This document shows, one piece after another, positions 1-9,704 of a stretch of DNA of 64,000 bases. The translations under genes and the position numbers were made by a program. Every line of letters begins with the position of its first letter. The first letter of the stretch is position 1. The stretch comes from an uncultured Gemmatimonadales bacterium (GTDB taxonomy: Bacteria > Gemmatimonadota > Gemmatimonadetes > Longimicrobiales > Longimicrobiaceae), in NCBI GenBank assembly GCA_963716255.1, contig OY970303.1, forward strand, positions 4,352,001 to 4,416,000, read 5' to 3'. The notes beneath the pieces were generated by a model. It saw only the letters and a list, made by a program, of their open reading frames with translations, was not told the DNA's origin and did no database searches.

Positions 1-2
1 CG

Positions 3-2702
3 GAGGCGGCGGAGCGCGCCTTCCGCGAGGCGGCGGAGGCGCCGGAGACCGACGGCACGGCAGCGCTCGGCGTCCCCGCGTCGTGGCTGCGGCACCTCGC
101 CGCCCTCCCGTCGCCGGCCGGCCCGGCGGGCATCGGCGCGAACGATCGCTTCCGGCCGCTCGGGACCGGCGGCGCCGACGCGGCCGATGGGGACCCGCTG
201 GGCTGGGCGGACGAGGCGCTGCGCTTCTTCAACGGGCACGGCGGGTTCAGCGCGGACGGGCGGGAGTACGTGGTCCGCCTGGAGCCCGGCGAGCACGGGC
301 CGCGCCGCCCGCCGCTCCCCTGGACCAGCGTGGTGGCCAACGAGGAGGCGGGGTTCCTGGTGTCGGAAAGCGGGGCGGGGTACACCTGGAGCGCCAACAG
401 CCGGGAGAACCGCCTGACGCCGTGGTCCAACGACCCGGTGGCCGATCCCCACGGCGAGGCGTTGTACCTGCGCGACGAGGAGGCGGGCGTCTTCTGGTCG
501 CCCACGCCGGGCCCGGCGCCCGGAGCGGGCCCGTACGAGGCGCGCCACGGCTGGGGCTATACGCGCTTCCGCCACGCGGGCGCGGGGCTGGAGCAGGACA
601 CCTGCATGTTCGTCCCCCGCCGCGACCCGGTGAAGATCGTGCGCCTGCGCGTGACCAACCGCGGCGACCGGGCGCGGCGTCTGTCGGCCTGGGGCTACTT
701 CCAGTGGGTGCTGGGCGGGCTGCCGCAGGAGAGCGGGTGGGACGTGGCGACGCGGCTGGACCCGGCCACCGGCGCCGTGCTGGCCGTCAACCGCGAGCGC
801 GGCGAGTTCTCGGGCCGGGTGGCCTTCGCCGCGGCGCTCCCCCCGGCGGGCGGGGGCGAGATGGAATGCACGGCGGACCGCGCGGCGTTTCTGGGGCCCT
901 ACGGCGAAACGTCCTCCCCCGCGGCGCTCCGCTCGGCCGCGCCGCTGGACGGCCGCACCGGCGCCGGGCTGGACCCCTGCGCCGCCTTCCGGGTGCCGTT
1001 CACCCTGGCGCCGGGGGCAAGCGTGGAGCTGGCCTTCCTGCTGGGGGAGGCGGAGGACGAGGCGGCTGCGCGCGCGGTCCTGTCGCGCTACGCCGACGCG
1101 GACGCCGTGGGCCGGGCGCTGGGGGAGGCGCGCGCCTTCTGGACGGACACCCTCGCGGCCGTGCAGGTGGCGACGCCGTCGCCGGAGCTGGACCTGATGG
1201 TCAACGGCTGGCTGGCGTACCAGAACCTGGCCTGCCGGGTGTGGGGGCGCTCCGCGTTCTACCAGTCGGGCGGCGCCTTCGGGTTCCGCGACCAGCTCCA
1301 GGACGCGTCCGCGCTGGTGTACCTGGACCCGGGGCTCACCCGCGCCCAGATCGTCCTCCACGCCGCCCACCAGTTCGTGGAGGGCGACGTGCTGCACTGG
1401 TGGCACCCGCCACTCTCCAAGGGGATCCGCACCCGCTTCTCCGACGACCTGCTCTGGCTGCCGTACGTCGCCGCCTTCTACGTGGGCGCCACCGGCGACG
1501 CCGGGGTGCTGGACGAGGAGGCGCGCTTCGTCGCCGCGCGCGCGCTGGAGCCCGGCGAGGACGAGGCGTTCCTGGTACCGGACGATTCGGGGGAGCGCGC
1601 CTCCGTGTACGAGCACTGCTGCCGCGCGCTGGACCGCTCGCTCACCCGCGGGGCGCACGGCCTGCCGCTGATGGGCACCGGCGACTGGAACGACGGGATG
1701 AACCGCGTGGGCCGCGAGGGGCGCGGCGAGAGCGTGTGGCTGGGCTTCTTCCTCCTGGACATCCTGGACGATTGGATCCCGCTGTGCGAGCGGCGGGGCG
1801 ACGCGGAGCGGGCCGCGCGCTACCTCGCGTACCGCGCCGCCCTGGCGGCGGCGCTCGACGCCGACGGCGCGGGGTGGGACGGCGCCTGGTACCGCCGCGC
1901 GTACTACGACGACGGGGCTCCGCTGGGCTCCGCCGCCAACGACGAGTGCCGCATCGACGCCATCGCCCAGGCGTGGGCGGTGCTTTCCGGCGCGGCCCCG
2001 GCGGAGCGCGCCGAGAGGGCGCTGGACGCGTTGGAGGAGCACCTGGTCTCGGAGCGCGACGGCATCATCCGCCTGCTCACCCCGGCCTTCGACCGCACGC
2101 CGCACGACCCGGGGTACATCAAGGGCTACCTCCCCGGCGTGCGCGAGAACGGGGGCCAGTACACCCACGCCGCGCTCTGGGCGGTGCGCGCCCTCGCGGA
2201 GGCGGGGCGGTGCGGCCGCGCCGCGCGCCTGCTGGAGATGCTGAGCCCGGTCAGCCACGGACGCACCGCGGAGGAGGCCGCCGTCTACCAGGCGGAGCCC
2301 TACGTGGTGGCGGCGGACGTGTACGGGGTGGCGCCGCACGTGGGGCGCGGCGGGTGGACGTGGTACACGGGCTCGGCGGGGTGGATGTTCCGGGTGGCGC
2401 TGGAGTCGGTGCTGGGCTTCACCCTGCGCGGCGGCGACACGCTGGTGCTGCGCCCCTGCATCCCCGCCGAGTGGCCCGGCTTCACGGTGCGCCACCGCCT
2501 CCCGGACGGGCGCACGACGTACGAGGTGGTGGTGACGCGCGGCGCGGAGACGCGGGCGTCGCTGGACGGCGAGGAGGTGCCGCTGGAGGGGGCCACGGTG
2601 CGCGTGCCGCTCGCGAGGGACGGCGCGGCGCACCGGGTGGAGGTGGTGCTGGGCCCGGACTCGGCCCCGGTGTACACGCCGGCCCTCACCCGGCTCGCTT
2701 GA
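3..2702 (+). CDS. GH94 glycosyl phosphorylase, C-terminal part of a cyclic beta-1,2-glucan synthase (NdvB/ChvB-like) or cellobiose phosphorylase family protein; 5'-truncated by window edge
   Basis: Frame open from window start; motifs FFNGHGGFS, NSRENRLTPWSND, YQSGGAFGFRDQLQD, GTGDWNDGMN, GVRENGGQYTHAA, GRGGWTWYTGSAGW. Confidence 0.9.
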   Translation, partial: EAAERAFREAAEAPETDGTAALGVPASWLRHLAALPSPAGPAGIGANDRFRPLGTGGADAADGDPLGWADEALRFFNGHGGFSADGREYVVRLEPGEHGPRRPPLPWTSVVANEEAGFLVSESGAGYTWSANSRENRLTPWSNDPVADPHGEALYLRDEEAGVFWSPTPGPAPGAGPYEARHGWGYTRFRHAGAGLEQDTCMFVPRRDPVKIVRLRVTNRGDRARRLSAWGYFQWVLGGLPQESGWDVATRLDPATGAVLAVNRERGEFSGRVAFAAALPPAGGGEMECTADRAAFLGPYGETSSPAALRSAAPLDGRTGAGLDPCAAFRVPFTLAPGASVELAFLLGEAEDEAAARAVLSRYADADAVGRALGEARAFWTDTLAAVQVATPSPELDLMVNGWLAYQNLACRVWGRSAFYQSGGAFGFRDQLQDASALVYLDPGLTRAQIVLHAAHQFVEGDVLHWWHPPLSKGIRTRFSDDLLWLPYVAAFYVGATGDAGVLDEEARFVAARALEPGEDEAFLVPDDSGERASVYEHCCRALDRSLTRGAHGLPLMGTGDWNDGMNRVGREGRGESVWLGFFLLDILDDWIPLCERRGDAERAARYLAYRAALAAALDADGAGWDGAWYRRAYYDDGAPLGSAANDECRIDAIAQAWAVLSGAAPAERAERALDALEEHLVSERDGIIRLLTPAFDRTPHDPGYIKGYLPGVRENGGQYTHAALWAVRALAEAGRCGRAARLLEMLSPVSHGRTAEEAAVYQAEPYVVAADVYGVAPHVGRGGWTWYTGSAGWMFRVALESVLGFTLRGGDTLVLRPCIPAEWPGFTVRHRLPDGRTTYEVVVTRGAETRASLDGEEVPLEGATVRVPLARDGAAHRVEVVLGPDSAPVYTPALTRLA

Positions 2703-2735
2703 GGCTCGCCACCCTCTCCCAATTCTGGGAGAGGG
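2683..2735 (+). repeat. Repeat family C (REP-like palindromic unit), overlapping the GH94 stop codon
   Basis: ccctcacccggctcgcttgaggctcgccaccctctcccaattctgggagaggg; near-identical at 23686-23735, inverted at 9424-9470 and 14490-14543. Confidence 0.85.
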
Positions 2736-2771
2736 AGCAACGGATGCATGTTGAGTACGGGCAGGCAGTTG

Positions 2772-2902
2772 CGTGAGGGATTACGGCCCGAAGGGGCGAG
2801 ACCCCGCGCAGTTTGCGGGGGCTCGACTCCGTTGGGCTGCGTCGTTTGCAGCCCTACGGAGCCGAAGCCCGACCCCGGCGCCAGCCGGGGGCACGCCCAA
2901 CC
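2772..2902 (+). repeat. Repeat family A copy 1 (structured, about 132 bp)
   Basis: cgtgagggat...gaaggggcgagacc...ggctcgactccgtt[hairpin]tacggagccgaagcccgaccccggcgccagccgggggcacgccc; 7 copies in window. Confidence 0.95.
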
Positions 2903-2927
2903 AGGCCGTTCAGAGCCGTTCCAGCCG

Positions 2928-3671
2928 TCAGTCGTCGCCGTCCCGCGGAAACGGGTCGATCTCCACCCCCGCCGACTCAAGCAGCTGGATCGCCGTCTCC
3001 GACAGGTCGCGCCGCACCATCTCCTGCAGGTCGAAGATCTCCTCCGGCTGGAGGTGGTCCCAGAAGTTGCCCTCCTGCCCGGTGCGGATCCCGCGCCCGC
3101 TGCGCAGCTCGTTGCCGCTGGCGACGGCGGCGTGCACCAGCGCCGGGTCCGGGTCCTCGCCCAGGAAGTCCAGCACGCGCCCCAGCGCCAGGGCGGGATC
3201 GGCGTTCAGCGTGCCGTACGAGAGCAGAGCCACGTCGCGGTGGGTGAGGAGCTTGGGCGCCCAGGCGTTCATGTAGCGGATCCACCCGGGGAGCCCCAGC
3301 CGGGGATGCCCCATGAAGCCGCGCATGGTCCCGCAGTACTCCGCCTTTTCCGCGGCCAGGTGGAAGTACGCGGAAACCACCACGTCGTAGGCGTTCCGCG
3401 CCAGGAAGACCAGCGGGTACCCGCGGTGCTGCTCCCACGAGTACGTCTGGTGGCAGACGGCGACCAGGGGGAGGCTGCGCCGGTCCGTGAAGGCGAACGC
3501 CGGGTAGCCGCGCGCGCCCTCGGGATGGTGGTCCGGAACCACGGTGAACACCGTTTCCGGCGTGACCTCGATCCCCAGCCCGTGGCGCGCCGCCAGGTAG
3601 TGGGCGATCAGGTACCGGAGCCAGCGGCCCCCGCTGCGGGGATGGGAGCAGATCAGTGTGTCCGCGGGCAT
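2928..3671 (-). CDS. PAPS-dependent sulfotransferase domain protein
   Basis: N-terminal SHPRSGGRW (5'-PSB-like) and RNAYDVVVSAY (3'-PB-like) motifs; start chosen at MPADTL. Confidence 0.75.
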   Translation of the reverse strand: MPADTLICSHPRSGGRWLRYLIAHYLAARHGLGIEVTPETVFTVVPDHHPEGARGYPAFAFTDRRSLPLVAVCHQTYSWEQHRGYPLVFLARNAYDVVVSAYFHLAAEKAEYCGTMRGFMGHPRLGLPGWIRYMNAWAPKLLTHRDVALLSYGTLNADPALALGRVLDFLGEDPDPALVHAAVASGNELRSGRGIRTGQEGNFWDHLQPEEIFDLQEMVRRDLSETAIQLLESAGVEIDPFPRDGDD

Positions 3672-3760
3672 GTCGGCGCAGTTCGGGGAGCGGGGGACGT
3701 CCCTTGAGGTTAGCGGAAACCCGTGCCGGGAATCAAGGCTCGGCGGCGGAGTCGCCGGCA

Positions 3761-4561
3761 TCAGGGCCAGGGAACAGGCCGCTCCGACACCAGGTCCAGG
3801 ATCAGGAAGTACGGCACCCGCGCGGCGTCCTCCAGGTCTGGCCGGGCGCGCACCGCCTCCTCCGTCGGCCGCGGCTCGCGGAGGGCGCGAAGGCGGAACC
3901 CCGCGCCGTGGATCCAGCCGAACCAGTCCTCCAGCGTCGCGTGCTGGGCCGGCGTGGCGAAGTCGTAGGCCCACCCCTTCCACGCGTACTCCAGCGGCCC
4001 GCGCTCGAAGTAGCGGTCGATGCACAGCCAGCGCTTGCGCCCCGCCTCGTCGCGCTCCCACCGGCGGAAGGGCGTGTCGCTGCACGGGTGCGCGATGGAA
4101 ACGACGAACCGCCCCCCGGGCCGCAGCACCCCCGCGACGCCGCGCAGCACGGCCGGGACGTCCGGCATGTCCTGGAGCGCCAGGCACGACGCCGCCGCGT
4201 CGAACGCCCCGGCGGCGAAGCGGCCGCCGATCTCCGCCGCGTCCCCCACCTGGAAGTCGATCCCGAGCGGCTCCCCCGCCTCCCCGCGCCGCGCGTGCTC
4301 GATCATCCGCGGCGAGATGTCGAGGCCCGTGACCCGCGCGCCCCGCCGCGCCATCTCCCGCGCGAAGTAGCCGCTCCCGCACCCCACGTCCAGCAGGCGC
4401 AGTCCCCGCACGTCGCCGCACGCGTCCACCTGCGCCGGCCCGAAGAACTCGTACCGGTAGTGGTCGCGCCCGGAGGACTGTCCCTGCGCGTACGCGTCCG
4501 CCGCGTGGTCCCAGGCCTCGCGGACGGACGCGGCGTCGAACCGCTCCGGGCGCTCCGGCAC
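3761..4561 (-). CDS. Class I SAM-dependent methyltransferase
   Basis: LLDVGCGSG motif I, GLDIS, LRPGGRF. Confidence 0.9.
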   Translation of the reverse strand: MPERPERFDAASVREAWDHAADAYAQGQSSGRDHYRYEFFGPAQVDACGDVRGLRLLDVGCGSGYFAREMARRGARVTGLDISPRMIEHARRGEAGEPLGIDFQVGDAAEIGGRFAAGAFDAAASCLALQDMPDVPAVLRGVAGVLRPGGRFVVSIAHPCSDTPFRRWERDEAGRKRWLCIDRYFERGPLEYAWKGWAYDFATPAQHATLEDWFGWIHGAGFRLRALREPRPTEEAVRARPDLEDAARVPYFLILDLVSERPVPWP

Positions 4562-4567
4562 GGGCGG

Positions 4568-5068
4568 CTAGCGCTCGTCCGCGGTGGGGCCGTACATGGA
4601 GGGGACGGGCACCTCCACCAGGCGCAGGTACACGCCGAGCTGCGCGCGGTGGTGCACCAGGTGGTTGAGCATGCTGGTGCGGAGCATCAGGTAGCGGGGC
4701 TTGACGTCCACCGCCTGGCCGGCGGCCTTGAGCGTCCACTCCACCTGGAAGTCCTCGTCCGTGGCCGCGGCGATGGCGGCGCGGCCCTCCGCGGCGCCGC
4801 GGTCGAACTCCGCGAGCAGCGTTTCCGTGGTCTCGAAGCTGTACGCCATCGTGGGGCCGTCCACCGGCGCGATGTCCAGCTCCGTGCGCGTCATCATCAT
4901 CGTCGCCCAGCCGGGCATCCGCGCCACCAGCTGGGCCAGGTGGCCCATCGGGAACGACTTGGGGTGCGGCTTCCAGGTGCCTTTTTCGCTGGGGACGCGC
5001 TCCAGCACACGGCGCGTGGTGGCGATCTCGAGGTCGAACTCGGGGAGGAGCAGGTCGGCGATGGGCAT
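4568..5068 (-). CDS. DinB/YfiT family protein
   Basis: 166 aa; TRRVLERVP, WKPHPKS, LNHLVHHRAQLGVYLR. Confidence 0.88.
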   Translation of the reverse strand: MPIADLLLPEFDLEIATTRRVLERVPSEKGTWKPHPKSFPMGHLAQLVARMPGWATMMMTRTELDIAPVDGPTMAYSFETTETLLAEFDRGAAEGRAAIAAATDEDFQVEWTLKAAGQAVDVKPRYLMLRTSMLNHLVHHRAQLGVYLRLVEVPVPSMYGPTADER

Positions 5069-5127
5069 GGGCGCTCACCTTGGAACGATGTGGATGGACG
5101 GGTACGGCAACGGCTCTTGAACGGCAG

Positions 5128-5261
5128 GGTTCGGGCGTGCCCCCGGCTGGCGCCGGGGTCGGGCTTCGGCTCCGTAAGCCCGCAAACAACGCGGGCTAAC
5201 GGAGTCGAGCCCCGGCAAACAGCCGCCGGGTCTCGCCCCTTCGGGCCGAAATCCCTCACGC
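5128..5261 (-). repeat. Repeat family A copy 2
   Basis: Reverse complement of the 2772-2902 element with different but still paired stems. Confidence 0.95.
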
Positions 5262-5288
5262 GGGGCTCGCGCTGACGTCCGCTTGGCC

Positions 5289-5408
5289 CCCACCCGGCTC
5301 GCTTAGGCTGGCCACCCTCCCCCGCAAGCGAGGGAGGGCTTCCCGCACCTCTGCTCTGTCGTGCACCCCCTCTCCCCTTGTGGGAGAGGGGCCGGGGGGA
5401 GGGGGGGC
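5289..5408. repeat. Repeat family C units (two)
   Basis: cccacccggctcgcttaggctggccaccctcccccgcaagcgagggaggg and cccctctccccttgtgggagaggggccgggggagggg. Confidence 0.75.
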
Positions 5409-5417
5409 GCCGTCGCC

Positions 5418-5855
5418 TTACGGCGCGGCGAAGCGGGCCAGCACCCCGCGCTCGCCCAGCAGCTCAAGCCCCTGCGTCGTCAGGCGGAAGGAGCGCGTCG
5501 CCTCCAGCGCCGCCAGGTATTCGCGCTCCAGCTCCATCCCCTCGGCGCACGCCATGCGCGTGGAGGCGAGCGGCGAAAAGACCAGGCTTGAGTCGGCCAT
5601 CTCGTAGCCGCCGGAAAAGCTGTTGCACCCCGCGAAGCCGCTCGCGCGCTCCGCCTCCATGCGGAGCGTGGCGGGCCTGCCGCCGGCACCCATCGCGGCG
5701 GGGCGGCCGGCCAGCTCCACCAGCCGCCACTCCCGGCCCGTGGCCGACGCGGCCGGGGCCGACCCCGCCTCCGCCGCGCCCCCGGCCGCGGAGCAGGCGG
5801 CGAGGGCCAGGAAGGCGAGCGTCGCGAGGACGGGGACGACGATCTTCAGGCGCAT
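5418..5855 (-). CDS. META (HslJ-like) domain lipoprotein
   Basis: Lipobox LAAC; WRLVEL, SGFAGCNSF, STRMAC motifs. Confidence 0.88.
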   Translation of the reverse strand: MRLKIVVPVLATLAFLALAACSAAGGAAEAGSAPAASATGREWRLVELAGRPAAMGAGGRPATLRMEAERASGFAGCNSFSGGYEMADSSLVFSPLASTRMACAEGMELEREYLAALEATRSFRLTTQGLELLGERGVLARFAAP

Positions 5856-5923
5856 GCGGGAGCTCCGGTCAGCGGGGAATCGGGGGCCGGGGCGCGGTGC
5901 CGCTCCGGCAGCGCCTTTCCCCG

Positions 5924-6556
5924 TCAAACTCCGGGCCGCTCCGCGGAGCGGGGAGCCGCGGCCGGCCTTCCCAGCCACACGTGCCCCCGGTCGAACAGGA
6001 GGAGCGCCTGCCCGTCGGAGGTCTGCTCCAGGCGGCTGGCGCGAAGGACCAGGCGCCCCAGCTCGCGCAGGTCGGCCGCGTCGTCCGGCAGCAGGACGTC
6101 CGTGTCCAGGCAGGGCTCCCACTCCAGCTCCGCCAGGTCGTACGCCGGGTCCGCGTACTGCGGCGGGGGGAGCGGCGGCGCGCCCGGCGCGGGAGCGAAC
6201 GTCCCCCGGTACCAGGCGATGCGGTCCCCCATCGCGGCCACCACCTGCGTCCGGTGGAAGCGTGGGTGGTGGAGCCACAGCCGCAGGTAGTACGGCTCGC
6301 CCGTGGCCCGCAGCGCGCGCTCCCAGGCGTGCAGGATGTCCAGGAACGCGGCCAGGACGCGGCGGCGGAACCACACCGGCGGGTCGCGCGGCACCAGCCG
6401 GCTCCACGGGTCCAGCCACAGCTTCACGTACTCCACCTCGCAGCGCCGCAGCGCGTCCACGTCCAGCGGCCGGTGCGCCAGGCGGAAGCGCTCCAGCTCG
6501 CGGAGGCGGCGCTTCCAGCCGCGCACCTTCTTGCGGTTCGAGAACGGGTTCGCCAT
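5924..6556 (-). CDS. Hypothetical protein
   Basis: 210 aa ORF, ATG 10 bp after the GH1 stop, protein-like composition. Confidence 0.7.
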   Translation of the reverse strand: MANPFSNRKKVRGWKRRLRELERFRLAHRPLDVDALRRCEVEYVKLWLDPWSRLVPRDPPVWFRRRVLAAFLDILHAWERALRATGEPYYLRLWLHHPRFHRTQVVAAMGDRIAWYRGTFAPAPGAPPLPPPQYADPAYDLAELEWEPCLDTDVLLPDDAADLRELGRLVLRASRLEQTSDGQALLLFDRGHVWLGRPAAAPRSAERPGV

Positions 6557-6566
6557 GTGGGAGCGG

Positions 6567-7916
6567 CTACCCCAGCGCGCCGCCGTTGCTGCGGATCACC
6601 TCGCCGAGGAAGCGGGCGCTGCGCTTGGGCGTGCGGCGCTGCGTCTCCAGGTCCACGTGCACGATGCCGAAGCGTTTGGAATAGCCCGCGCTCCACTCGA
6701 AGTTGTCCAGCAGCGACCAGGCGAAGTACCCCCGCACGTCCACCCCCCGCGCGATCGCCCGCCGCACCGCGCGCAGGTGCTCGCGGAAGTAGGCCACGCG
6801 CAGCGGGTCCTCCAGCGTGTCGCCCTCCGCCACGGGCGGGTCGTAGAACGCCGCGCCGTTCTCCGTCACGTACAGCGGCACGCCGCCGCAGCGGTCGCGC
6901 ACCCACACCAGCACGTCCTCCAGCGCCTGCGGGTACACCTCCCAGTCCATCTCCGTGTGCGCGTGGCGCGGCTGCCGCACCCGCGCCGCGCGCACCGGCG
7001 GCGCGCCGGGATCGTCGCGCACCACGCTGCGCGTATAGAAGTTGATCCCCAGCCAGTCCACCGGCTCGCGGATCAGCCCCCAGTCCTCCTCCGGGAAGTC
7101 CGGCCACGCGTCGCCGAACACCTCGCGCAGCTCCTCCGGGTAGCGCCCCAGGAACACCGGGTCCAGGTAGTGCCGGTTCATGTACGCCTCGGCGCGCGCC
7201 GTCGCCGCCCGGTCCGCCGGCGAGTCCGAGGCCGCGTACTTGGGCTCCAGGTTCACCACCAGCCCGATCCTGCCGCGCCCCTCCGCCCGGTACGCCCGCA
7301 CCGCCGCGCCGTGCGCGCGCAGCAGGTTGTGCGACACCCGCGGCGCCTCGTACAGGTTCCGGTGCCCGGGGGCGTGCCGGCCCGCCAGGTAGCCCTCGTG
7401 CATCGCCACCCACGGCTCGTTGAGCGTCGCCCACAGCGGCACCCGGTCGTCCAGCGCGCGGAAGGCCGTGGCCGCGTACTCCGCGAACCACTCCGCCGCG
7501 TCGCGGCTCACCCACCCGCCGCGGTCGTCCAGCGCCGCCGGGAGGTCCCAGTGGTACAGCGTCGCCATGGGCGTGATGCCCGCCTCCAGAAGCGCGTCCA
7601 CCAGGCGCGAGTAGAAGTCCAGCCCCGCCGGGTTGACGCGCCCCGTCCCCTCCGGGAGCACCCGGCTCCAGGAGATGCTGAAGCGGTACGCCTTCAGCCC
7701 CAGCTCCGCCATCAGGCGCACGTCGTCCGGCCAGCGGCGGTAGTGGTCGCACGCCACGTCGCCCGTCTCGCCGCCCTCCGTGTTGCCGGGAGTGTGGCTG
7801 AAGCGGTGCCAGTTGCTCACCCCGGCGCCGTCGGCCCGGGGCGAGCCCTCCACCTGGTACGCCGAGGTGGCGGCGCCCCACAGGAAGCCGTCGGGAAAGC
7901 GCGTGGGATCGGGCAT
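6567..7916 (-). CDS. GH1 beta-glucosidase
   Basis: FLWGAATSAYQVEG, TLNEP (acid/base), VTENG (nucleophile), WSLLDNFEW. Confidence 0.95.
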   Translation of the reverse strand: MPDPTRFPDGFLWGAATSAYQVEGSPRADGAGVSNWHRFSHTPGNTEGGETGDVACDHYRRWPDDVRLMAELGLKAYRFSISWSRVLPEGTGRVNPAGLDFYSRLVDALLEAGITPMATLYHWDLPAALDDRGGWVSRDAAEWFAEYAATAFRALDDRVPLWATLNEPWVAMHEGYLAGRHAPGHRNLYEAPRVSHNLLRAHGAAVRAYRAEGRGRIGLVVNLEPKYAASDSPADRAATARAEAYMNRHYLDPVFLGRYPEELREVFGDAWPDFPEEDWGLIREPVDWLGINFYTRSVVRDDPGAPPVRAARVRQPRHAHTEMDWEVYPQALEDVLVWVRDRCGGVPLYVTENGAAFYDPPVAEGDTLEDPLRVAYFREHLRAVRRAIARGVDVRGYFAWSLLDNFEWSAGYSKRFGIVHVDLETQRRTPKRSARFLGEVIRSNGGALG

Positions 7917-7934
7917 GGGAGGGGGGATGCGCGG

Positions 7935-9068
7935 CTACGCCGCTTCGCGAAGGGCGGGCGCCAGCGAGCGCTCCGTCCGCGGGTCGAAGAAGTGCAGCCG
8001 CCCCAGGTCGAAGGCCAGCGCCACCGGCTCGCCCGGCGCGGGGACCGGCTGCGGGAGGACGCGCGCCGTCGCCCGGTGCGGGCCCGCCGCGGCGTGCAGA
8101 AAGATCTCGTTGCCCAGCGGCTCCACGCCCTGCACGGTGAACCGCGCCTCCGCCAGCGCCGCCTCCGCGGGGCGCCCCCGCTGCGCGTACAGCGCCTCCG
8201 GGCGCACGCCCAGCACCACCTCGCCGCCCGCGAGCCCCGCCAGGCCGCGCGCCCACGCGTCCGGGAGCGGGAGCCGGAAGGCGTCGCCCGCCGCCCGGAA
8301 GTGCGGCCCGCCGTCGTGAGCCACCCTCCCCTCGAAGAAGTTCATCGCCGGGCTGCCGATGAAGCCCGCCACGAAGCGGTTCGCCGGGTGGTCGTACAGG
8401 TCCAGCGGCGTGTCGATCTGCTGGACGCGGCCGTCGTGCAGGACCACGATGCGGTCGCCCAGCGTCATGGCCTCCACCTGGTCGTGGGTGACGTACACCA
8501 TGGTGGCGCCCAGGCGGCGGTGCAGCGCCGAGATCTCGGCGCGCATCTGCACGCGCAGCTTGGCGTCCAGGTTGGAGAGCGGCTCGTCGAACAGGAACAC
8601 CTCCGGGTCGCGGACGATGGCGCGCCCCAGCGCCACCCGCTGCCGCTGCCCGCCCGAGAGCTGGCGCGGCTTGCGGTCCAGGATGGCCTCGATCCCCAGC
8701 GTGGCCGCGGCCTCGCGCACCCGGCGCTCCACCTCGTCCCGCGGAGTCTTCCGCAGCTGGAGGGCGAAGCCCAGGTTGTCGCGCACCGTCATGTGCGGGT
8801 ACAGCGCGTAGCTCTGGAACACCATGGCGATGTCGCGGTCGCGGGGGGCCACGTCGTTGACCCGCCGCTCGCCGATGAACAGGTCGCCCGCCGAGATGGA
8901 CTCCAGCCCCGCGATCATGCGCAGCAGCGTGCTCTTTCCCGACCCCGAGGGCCCCACCAGCACCACCAGCTCGCCGTCCTCCACGCCGAAGCTCGCCCCC
9001 TCCACCGCCACGTGCTCCGCGCCCTCCCGGTAGACCTTTCGAACCCCCTCCAGACGGATGCTCGCCAT
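7935..9068 (-). CDS. Sugar ABC transporter ATP-binding protein (MsmX/UgpC/MalK family)
   Basis: [42 protein letters not shown]. Confidence 0.95.
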   Translation of the reverse strand: MASIRLEGVRKVYREGAEHVAVEGASFGVEDGELVVLVGPSGSGKSTLLRMIAGLESISAGDLFIGERRVNDVAPRDRDIAMVFQSYALYPHMTVRDNLGFALQLRKTPRDEVERRVREAAATLGIEAILDRKPRQLSGGQRQRVALGRAIVRDPEVFLFDEPLSNLDAKLRVQMRAEISALHRRLGATMVYVTHDQVEAMTLGDRIVVLHDGRVQQIDTPLDLYDHPANRFVAGFIGSPAMNFFEGRVAHDGGPHFRAAGDAFRLPLPDAWARGLAGLAGGEVVLGVRPEALYAQRGRPAEAALAEARFTVQGVEPLGNEIFLHAAAGPHRATARVLPQPVPAPGEPVALAFDLGRLHFFDPRTERSLAPALREAA

Positions 9069-9186
9069 GGGTTGTGTCCTCGGTTCACGGTGGCGGTGCG
9101 CGGTCCCGCCACAGTGTAGTCATCCATGCCGCGCGCGGCCAGTTCCGATGTCGTTCCGTGCTCGGTTGGAAGGGGATGAACGGCAG

Positions 9187-9319
9187 GGTTCGGGCGTGCC
9201 CCCGGCGGGCGCCGGGGTCGGGCTTCGGCTCCGTAGGGCTGCAAACAACGCAGCCCAACGGAGTCGAGCCCCGCGAACTGCCCGCGGGTCTCGCCCCTTC
9301 GGGCCGAAATCCCTCACGC
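9187..9319 (-). repeat. Repeat family A copy 3
   Basis: Direct sequence match to other copies. Confidence 0.95.
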
Positions 9320-9346
9320 AGGGATCGCGCTGGCGTCCGCCGGGGT

Positions 9347-9517
9347 CCCCCACCCCGGCGCTGCGCGCCACCCCTCCCCCGCAAGCGAGGGAGGGGACAA
9401 CCGCACAGCGTCCAGCCGTTGCCCCCTCTCCCGGAATAGGGTGGCGAGCCTCAAGCGAGCCGGGTGAGGGCTGCCGTTCTCCCCTTCCCCTTGCGGGGAG
9501 GGGCCGGGGGAGGGGGT
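9347..9517. repeat. Repeat family C units (three)
   Basis: cccctcccccgcaagcgagggagggg; gggtggcgagcctcaagcgagccgggtgaggg; ccccttccccttgcggggaggggccgggggagggg. Confidence 0.75.
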
Positions 9518-9552
9518 CGCCGTCGCCGTTCCCCACAGTTCCCAAAAGCGGT

Positions 9553-9681
9553 TCGGGGGGAGACAGCCGGGCAGTTTCGGCTGGCTCACCCCGGCGGAGG
9601 GAGACAGGCCGGCAGTTTGGCCTGGCTCCCGGAGCCCGCGCAGGAGACGGACGGCAGTATCGTCCGGCTCCGGAGCGGCCC
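9553..9681 (-). repeat. Repeat family B copy 1 (three tandem hairpin modules)
   Basis: Reverse complement of the elements at 14193, 26603 and 58573. Confidence 0.9.
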
Positions 9682-9704
9682 GCCCCTACGCAATCAATCC
9701 GGCC

